Shown here: positions 58,708-64,000 of the stretch, in pieces
Layout of the letters: each line of letters opens with the position of its first letter
Numbering within the stretch: position 1 is the stretch's first letter
Assembly (NCBI GenBank): GCA_050246475.1
Contig: JBFWVZ010000006.1
Location: forward strand, 83,803-147,802
Reading direction: 5' to 3'
Length of the DNA stretch: 64,000 nt
Source: Hyphomonadaceae bacterium
GTDB taxonomy: Bacteria; Pseudomonadota; Alphaproteobacteria; Caulobacterales; Aquidulcibacteraceae
The notes under the pieces: generated by a model
Told to the model about the DNA's origin: nothing
What the model saw: only the letters and a program-made list of their open reading frames with translations
Database searches by the model: none
Position numbers and translations under genes: made by a program

Positions 58708-59832
58708 ATGCGCAACACACGCCGCAGCTTCATGATCGGCGCCGTCGCAGCCGCCGCTTCGCCCGCTGTCGCCGCGAGCGAGCGCGAAGTTCGCGCGCTA
58801 TACCGCCGCGCCATCGTCATCGATACATTGGGCGGGCCCGGCGGCTTCGTGCCGGGCGCGCCGCCCGATGCGATGTGGACGGCGCAACACATCGCTGATG
58901 CGCAGGCCTCCGGCCTCACCGCTGTCAATCTCACCTTGGGCTCGGTCGGCAATGTGCCGGACGCCTTCGAGCAAGCCGTGCGCGGCATCGCCGGCGCCGA
59001 GGCCGAGATCGCGGCGCATCCAAACGCGCTGACCAAAATTCTCACCGCCGCCGACATCCGCGCCGCCAAGCGCGCGCGCAAACTGGGCCTCATCTACGGC
59101 TTCCAGGACACGGCGTGTTTGGGCGCCGACGTCGCCAACGTCGATCTCTTCCACAATCTCGGGATCCGCATCTTTCAGCTCACCTACAACAACCGCAACC
59201 TCGTCGCCGACGGATGCATGGAGCAGAACGATGCGGGCCTCTCCGATTTCGGCCGCCGCGTCGTCGCGCGTTTGAACGAGCGGCGTGCGCTCATCGACCT
59301 CTCTCACGCGGGCGCACGCACGCAGGCCGAAGCGATCGCCGCTTCGCAAGGTCCGGTTGCCATCACCCACACGGGTTGCCACGCGCTGAACGACGTGCCG
59401 CGCAACACGCGCGATGAAGTTCTGCGCGCGCTCGCGGAGAAAGGCGGCGTCGCGGGCATTTACTTCATGCCGTTCCTGCGCGCCTCGGGGCAATTCCATG
59501 CCGAGGATGTCATCCGCCACGTCAATCACGCCTTGAATGTCGCGGGTGAAGATCATGTCTCCATCGGCACGGATGGCGTGATCTCACCGACGATCCTGGA
59601 CGACGCATTTCGCGCCGCGCACGCCGCTGAAGTGGCCGCGCGCCGCGCCGCGGGCTATTCCGCGCCGGGCGAGAGCGATGAAGTCTACAATTTCGTCCCG
59701 GAGTACAACGCCGTCGATCGCTTCGAGCGCTTGGCGCTCGATTTGAACCGCGCCGGCCTCACGCCCCGCGTGGTCGAGAAAGTTCTCGGCGCCAATTTCC
59801 TCCGGCTCGCCGCCGAAGTCTGGGGCGGTTGA
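58708..59832 (+). CDS. Membrane (renal-type) dipeptidase, peptidase M19, with a Tat-like signal
   Basis: MRNTRRSFMIGAVAAAASPAVAA; HNLGIRIFQLTYNNRN, DLSHAG, GEDHVSIGTDG. Confidence 0.85.
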   Translation: MRNTRRSFMIGAVAAAASPAVAASEREVRALYRRAIVIDTLGGPGGFVPGAPPDAMWTAQHIADAQASGLTAVNLTLGSVGNVPDAFEQAVRGIAGAEAEIAAHPNALTKILTAADIRAAKRARKLGLIYGFQDTACLGADVANVDLFHNLGIRIFQLTYNNRNLVADGCMEQNDAGLSDFGRRVVARLNERRALIDLSHAGARTQAEAIAASQGPVAITHTGCHALNDVPRNTRDEVLRALAEKGGVAGIYFMPFLRASGQFHAEDVIRHVNHALNVAGEDHVSIGTDGVISPTILDDAFRAAHAAEVAARRAAGYSAPGESDEVYNFVPEYNAVDRFERLALDLNRAGLTPRVVEKVLGANFLRLAAEVWGG

Positions 59833-59928
59833 TCTTCCGCGTCCGGAACATCACGCCCGCGTGACGACGCCCCGCCATCTTCCCGCCGTGAACGTCATTC
59901 GTCATAATCGTGTGGGAGGAAATCGAAG

Positions 59929-60690
59929 ATGAAGAAGCTCATCGCCGCCTTGGCGTTCGTCGCCATGGCGCCAGTCATGATCGTTGCGCCGGCGCACGCG
60001 CAGGCCGTCGCGCCGTTGCGTCCCTTCGATCCCGCCATCGTGCGTGTCGCGGGCCGCGCCGAGCTTTACCTTCCCCCGGATCAAGCCCGCATCCGCGTCT
60101 CGTTCTATAGTCCCGCGCGCACCGCGCTTGAAGCGACGCAGAACGTCTCCACCCGCGCCCGCGCCCTGGAGACCGCCGCGCGCGCCATCCACGCGACGAA
60201 CGTGACGCTCGAACGCACGGATGTCTCCGTCCAGCCCGTCATGCGCGAAGGCGGCGAGCGCCGGCCCGACCGCATCAACGGCTATGAAGCCACCGCCTCC
60301 GTCACGCTCCTCGTGCGCGATCTGGCGCTCCTCTCGCGCGCCATGGAGGCCGCCATCGGCGCCGAGCCCGATCGTTTCGACGAAGTGAGCTTCTCTATTG
60401 CCGATACGGCCGCCGCCCGCCGCGCCGCGCGCGAGGTCGCCATCGCCGACGCAGTCGATAAGGCCCGCGTCTATGTCGAAGGCGCCGGCCACCGCTTGGG
60501 CCGCTTGCTGCTGGTGGAGGAGGGCGCCGGCGGCATGATCATCCAGACCGGCAACCGCGCCATGGAATACGCCGTTCCCGCGCCGCCCCCGCCGCCGGGC
60601 GAGCCCATTGTGCCCCCGCCCGTGGCCCCCACGCCCCAGCTCTACACGGCCGAGGTGCAAGTCGTGTTTGAGATCGCGCCCCCGCGCTAG
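59929..60690 (+). CDS. SIMPL/DUF541 periplasmic protein (second copy)
   Basis: Signal peptide MKKLIAALAFVAMAPVMIVAPAHAQ; GYEATASVTLLVRDL...FSIADTAAARRAA; Pro-rich segment near the C-terminus. Confidence 0.75.
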   Translation: MKKLIAALAFVAMAPVMIVAPAHAQAVAPLRPFDPAIVRVAGRAELYLPPDQARIRVSFYSPARTALEATQNVSTRARALETAARAIHATNVTLERTDVSVQPVMREGGERRPDRINGYEATASVTLLVRDLALLSRAMEAAIGAEPDRFDEVSFSIADTAAARRAAREVAIADAVDKARVYVEGAGHRLGRLLLVEEGAGGMIIQTGNRAMEYAVPAPPPPPGEPIVPPPVAPTPQLYTAEVQVVFEIAPPR

Positions 60691-60735
60691 CGTCTCCGCG
60701 CGGGCCGTGCTTTTTTCCGCGGCGAGGGAGACGTC

Positions 60736-61110
60736 ATGAAAGCGCTGATCGCGGTCCTGGGCCTTGCCACGCTCGCCGGTTGCGCGACGCCGTGCAGCAC
60801 GACGATGCCGCAGCGCTCGGAGGTGGAGTATTCCTGCGCCAACGGTGCGCGGCTCACCGTCGCGTTTGACCGCGGCGCCGGGCGGGCGCTCGTGTCGGAG
60901 GATCAAGGCGCCGCCTTCGATCTCGGGATTCAGGTGTCCGGCCAAGGCTTCCGCTATTCGGGCGAAGGCACAGCGCTGCGCGGCCGCGGCGACAGCGTCG
61001 AGTGGACATCGCCCGCGGGCGCCACGACCGAATGCACGGCGATCGCTTCGCGCGCCATGGCCCAGTCCACGATCCAGTCGCGCCCCGAAACCGCCGTCTG
61101 CCGTACTTAA
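60736..61110 (+). CDS. MliC-like lipoprotein (lysozyme-inhibitor fold), tentative
   Basis: Lipobox LGLATLAGC; YSCANGARLTVAF...GQGFRYSGEG..LRGRGDSVEWT...EC resembles the MliC pattern. Confidence 0.55.
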   Translation: MKALIAVLGLATLAGCATPCSTTMPQRSEVEYSCANGARLTVAFDRGAGRALVSEDQGAAFDLGIQVSGQGFRYSGEGTALRGRGDSVEWTSPAGATTECTAIASRAMAQSTIQSRPETAVCRT

Positions 61111-61236
61111 TCCAGCGCAAGGATTGTGGCGTGACAGGGCCTTAAGTGGACGCCTGATCGCCGCGAACTACCTCTAGAGCCAGCGAGGCATGGGGAAGGG
61201 GCAGCGTACGCGCGCCCCTCTTGAGGAGATTTGGGA

Positions 61237-61749
61237 ATGCGCATGAAGATGACGGTTCTGGCGCTCGCCGGCGCCATGGCGTTGAGCGCCTGCGAGACGA
61301 CCGGCGGCTACGGTTATAACGACGGCTACCATTCCGGCGGCTCACGCCTGTCGCAGTGCACGCGGAACGCGCTCGTCGGCGCTGGCGTCGGCGCGGTCGT
61401 CGGCGCGGTCACGGCGCCGGACGGCAATCGCGGTGAGAACGCCGCTATCGGCGCCGCGGTCGGCGGCCTGGGCACATACGGCGTCTGCCGCTGGCTGCGC
61501 GCGCGCGATCAAGCCAACATCGAGCGCGGCTACCGCCAGGCTTTGAATGACAACCGTCCCTACAATGGTTCCTGGCAAAGCGATGAAGGCGCGCAGCGCA
61601 GCGTCTATGTCGATCGCCCGGTCGTGGATCCCAATCGCAGCGATTGCCGCCGCATCACCGCGACCGTGACCGATCCGCAATACGGCCGCGAACAATTGCC
61701 GCCGGAAACCTATTGCCGCAACGCCAGCGGCCAGTGGGTGCCGGTCTAA
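61237..61749 (+). CDS. Glycine-zipper surface-antigen-like lipoprotein
   Basis: Lipobox LAGAMALSAC; glycine zipper GAGVGAVVGAVTAP...AAIGAAVGGLG; GAGGAG lies 8 nt upstream of ATG 61237. Confidence 0.65.
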   Translation: MRMKMTVLALAGAMALSACETTGGYGYNDGYHSGGSRLSQCTRNALVGAGVGAVVGAVTAPDGNRGENAAIGAAVGGLGTYGVCRWLRARDQANIERGYRQALNDNRPYNGSWQSDEGAQRSVYVDRPVVDPNRSDCRRITATVTDPQYGREQLPPETYCRNASGQWVPV

Positions 61750-61770
61750 CCTGAACTCATAGACGAAGCG

Positions 61771-61798
61771 CTGGGCCCTCGCGAAAACGAGGGCCCAG
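61771..61798. terminator. 11-bp perfect hairpin between convergent genes
   Basis: CTGGGCCCTCG-CGAAAA-CGAGGGCCCAG. Confidence 0.5.
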
Positions 61799-61923
61799 TC
61801 GTCTCGCGCCACTGCAGACCAGCAGCGTCGGACATGAGGGCCGACGCTGGCTGCGGCGAAGGTCGGCTGGCCATCTGCGCGGCTCGACGTAGAAGCCAAG
61901 CTCGCTGTGAAGCCGCGAAAAAA

Positions 61924-62133
61924 TCAGCTCTTCTCGTGCTTGAACGAGACGGAGAGCTTCACGCGGAAGACGTCGATCTCCCCGTTGTCCTTGAGCGTCA
62001 GGTCCATCTCCTTGACTTCCGCGACGCGCAGCTCGCGCAAACTCGCCGCCGCCATCGCCATGGCTTCCTTGGCCGCGTCCTCCCAGCCCTTTTTGCTGGT
62101 GCCGACGAGTTCGATGACTTTGTAGACGCTCAT
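61924..62133 (-). CDS. Dodecin-family flavin-binding protein
   Basis: MSVYKVIELVGTSKKGWEDAAKEAMAMAAASLRELRVAEVKEMD is a classic dodecin sequence. Confidence 0.85.
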   Translation of the reverse strand: MSVYKVIELVGTSKKGWEDAAKEAMAMAAASLRELRVAEVKEMDLTLKDNGEIDVFRVKLSVSFKHEKS

Positions 62134-62242
62134 CGCTTCCTCCCATTGGCCGCGCCTCTGACATGGGCGCGCGAAACGACAGAAGGTCTTGCAAACGCCG
62201 CCGGCGTCAAGCGCCGGCGGCGAGAGCTTCGCGTAGGCGTTG

Positions 62243-62356
62243 TTACGCTACGAGCGCCGCCGGAGGCAGCGCCGCAGCGGACACGCCGATGAACAGGACA
62301 AGCGCAACCAGCGTCGCGATCATCGTGATCCATACGGGCGCCAACCGGGCCAACAT
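62243..62356 (-). CDS. Candidate 37-aa single-TM small protein (below the track cutoff)
   Basis: Hand translation MLARLAPVWITMIATLVALVLFIGVSAAALPPAALVA*. GGAGG lies 5 nt upstream of the ATG. A 10-bp GC hairpin (62197-62221) follows 22 nt after the stop. Confidence 0.35.
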   Translation of the reverse strand: MLARLAPVWITMIATLVALVLFIGVSAAALPPAALVA

Positions 62357-62538
62357 TGTTGCCTCCATCGAAAGAGCCCTTTGCGGGCCGCCGCACACAT
62401 TGCGGCGAGGCATATCTAGAACCGCGCGGTCCAGCTTGCGGTGACGGCGGTCACGTGGGCGTCAGGCGGAGCGCTGTCGTTCGCGGGCGCGCGCCGGAAT
62501 CGATTGAACAAGCGCGCTCTTCGCGCTTCAATTTTGAG

Positions 62539-63195
62539 ATGCTCACAATCTTCGGCCGGCGCAGTTCAAGCAACGTGCAGAAGGTGATGTGGCTGGTGGG
62601 CGAACTGAAGCTGCCGCATCGGCTCGTGCCGCTCGGCGGCGACCATGGCGGGCTCGACGACCCGGCGTTCACGGCGCTGAACCCCAACGGCCGGATCCCA
62701 ACGATCAAGGAAGGGGACGTCGTGGTGTGGGAGAGCCACGCGATCTTGCGCTACTTGGCGGCAAACTACGGCGGCGAGATTTTTTGGAGGGAGAACGCGG
62801 CGGAGCGATCACTTTCCGACCGCTGGATGGATTGGGCTCAGACGGTCTGGCAACCGAGCTTTGTCGATGGCGTGTTTTGGGGCTGGTACAGGACGCCAGA
62901 GGCGCAGCGCAACGAGCGCGTGGTCGCTGAAGCCATTCGGGCGAGCGCTCAGCTTATGCAGCTCCTCGATCGCGTGCTCGCGGAGCGCTCTTTTCTGGCG
63001 GGCGACACGCTGACATTGGCCGATATCGCAGTCGGCGCGACTCTCTTCCGATACTTCAATCTGGACATTGAGCGCCCGCGCGTTGCGAACGTGGAAGCAT
63101 GGCGAGCGCGTCTTGAGGCGCGCCCCGCATATCGAGAACACGTCATGATCCCCTTTGAGGAACTGAAGGACAAACCCTTCCCGGCCGGGCGGTGA
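62539..63195 (+). CDS. Glutathione S-transferase
   Basis: Start at MLTIFGRRSSSNVQKVMW. The thioredoxin-like N-domain has IPTIKEGDVVVWESHAILRYLA. The track start (62356) is too far upstream. Confidence 0.85.
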   Translation: MLTIFGRRSSSNVQKVMWLVGELKLPHRLVPLGGDHGGLDDPAFTALNPNGRIPTIKEGDVVVWESHAILRYLAANYGGEIFWRENAAERSLSDRWMDWAQTVWQPSFVDGVFWGWYRTPEAQRNERVVAEAIRASAQLMQLLDRVLAERSFLAGDTLTLADIAVGATLFRYFNLDIERPRVANVEAWRARLEARPAYREHVMIPFEELKDKPFPAGR

Positions 63196-63278
63196 CCGGG
63201 TCGGCCTTCGCGTCGGCGTTCGCCCGCTCGCCGTGACGCAGCCCCCGCCCCCCGCTAACAATGGCGGGGGAGGGAAGA

Positions 63279-64000
63279 ATGCGCGGGCTCATCGCCGCTC
63301 TGGCCGTCACGGCCTGGTCGTCCTGCGCCGCCGCGCAAGAGCCGCCGGGAGCGGAAATCTACGGCGCGTTGCCGGCGATCTCGGACGCCGCCATTTCCCC
63401 CGACGGGAGCAGAATTGTCATCGCCGTCGCGTCAGCCGCCGGGGAGGGCGTGCGCGTTCTCGGTCTCGACGGCATGTACGAGATGATGGCCGCCGCGGCG
63501 CCGCAGCGCATGAGCCTGCGCGCCATCGGCTGGGCCGATGACGAACACGCCGTCTTCACGGTAAGCCAGACGCTTCGTCCCGAGCACGCCTTCGCCGGCG
63601 TCATCTTCCCGGGCAATCCGCGCTACATCGAATATTTCAGCACCGGCATCGCCGCGCTCCCGTCCAACCGCTGGTTCTACATTCAGGCGCGCGGCGGCCC
63701 TTCCGGCGTGCCGCAATTCTTCTGGGATTTCGAGGCGCCGATCGAAGGCGATCCCGGGCGCGGCCGCGCCACCGGCTACACCTATTCCTCGGCCGCTTCG
63801 AGCCTCGCGGTTTTCGCCGTCGATCTTTCGTCGGGGCGTGCCGGCGTCGTCGCGCGCGGCAGCCCCGACACGCTCCAATTCATCTTGAACGAACGTGGCG
63901 AAGTGGCCGCGCGCATCGACGTGCAAGACGCCGCCAATAGCTGGCGCATCCTGCGCAACGAAGGCGGCCGCTATGTTGAGGCGTTGAGCGGCGATTCCGA
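63279..64000 (+). CDS. Secreted protein, probably the N-terminal beta-propeller of a second S9-type peptidase (3'-truncated by the window)
   Basis: Absent from the track because it has no stop codon. Hand translation MRGLIAALAVTAWSSCAAAQEPPGAEIYGALPAISDAAISPDGSRIVIA... stays open to nt 64000. GGGGGAGGG lies upstream. The ISPDGSRIV propeller motif resembles ORF 47231. Confidence 0.5.
   Translation, partial: MRGLIAALAVTAWSSCAAAQEPPGAEIYGALPAISDAAISPDGSRIVIAVASAAGEGVRVLGLDGMYEMMAAAAPQRMSLRAIGWADDEHAVFTVSQTLRPEHAFAGVIFPGNPRYIEYFSTGIAALPSNRWFYIQARGGPSGVPQFFWDFEAPIEGDPGRGRATGYTYSSAASSLAVFAVDLSSGRAGVVARGSPDTLQFILNERGEVAARIDVQDAANSWRILRNEGGRYVEALSGDS

Noticed and set aside
58590-59093. 167-aa minus-strand ORF that might have been an ArsR-type partner of the SRPBCC gene.
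   Set aside because: Most of it is antisense to the M19 dipeptidase gene. It has no HTH motif and an Ala/Arg/Ser-rich composition. Only the dyad TTAGG-CATATA-CCTAA (58594-58609) in the real 118-nt spacer is notable, and only weakly.

Overview
This is a high-GC, gene-dense chromosomal segment. Its synteny looks alphaproteobacterial (inference): trxB, greA-carB, carA ... dnaG-rpoD, panD, an aspartate aminotransferase, an ELM1-like gene and a VtlR/LsrB-like LysR regulator. I support about 60 protein genes, one tRNA (anticodon CAU), several intrinsic-terminator-like hairpins and a few dyad operators. I recognised no rRNA, CRISPR array, transposase, integrase or prophage genes. Many long ORFs in the track are antisense shadows of real genes, as expected at this GC content, and I did not call them.

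The window is rich in secreted and envelope proteins and in peptidases: S8, an S1 autotransporter, two S9-like genes, an M19 dipeptidase and a proteasome-like Anbu.

Most noteworthy:
1. One ORF fuses a TIR-like N-terminal domain, a Pro-rich linker, one transmembrane (TM) helix and a TonB C-terminal domain (26319-28139).
2. A complete operon of circularly permuted (cp) ATP-grasp / alpha-E / transglutaminase / Anbu (54221-58114) lies beside the tRNA.
3. An SPFH / mini ribbon-helix-helix (RHH) / ICMT-like methyltransferase operon has a 22-nt palindrome covering its Shine-Dalgarno (SD) ribosome-binding site (22311-23907).
4. An S9 peptidase homolog has both the catalytic Ser and His replaced. It is divergently paired with a trypsin-like (S1) autotransporter (43449-49408).
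5. A candidate anti-SD small RNA with its own terminator lies just downstream of the VtlR/LsrB-like LysR gene (11474-11602).
6. RpoD carries a Lys/Ala/Pro-rich, histone-H1-like N-terminal extension of about 130 aa.
7. Two low-GC islets are present: Mrr wedged against rpoD, and two orphan ORFs downstream of the tRNA.

All domain calls come from motif recognition by eye. No database search was run. Start codons were chosen by hand and can be wrong by a few codons.
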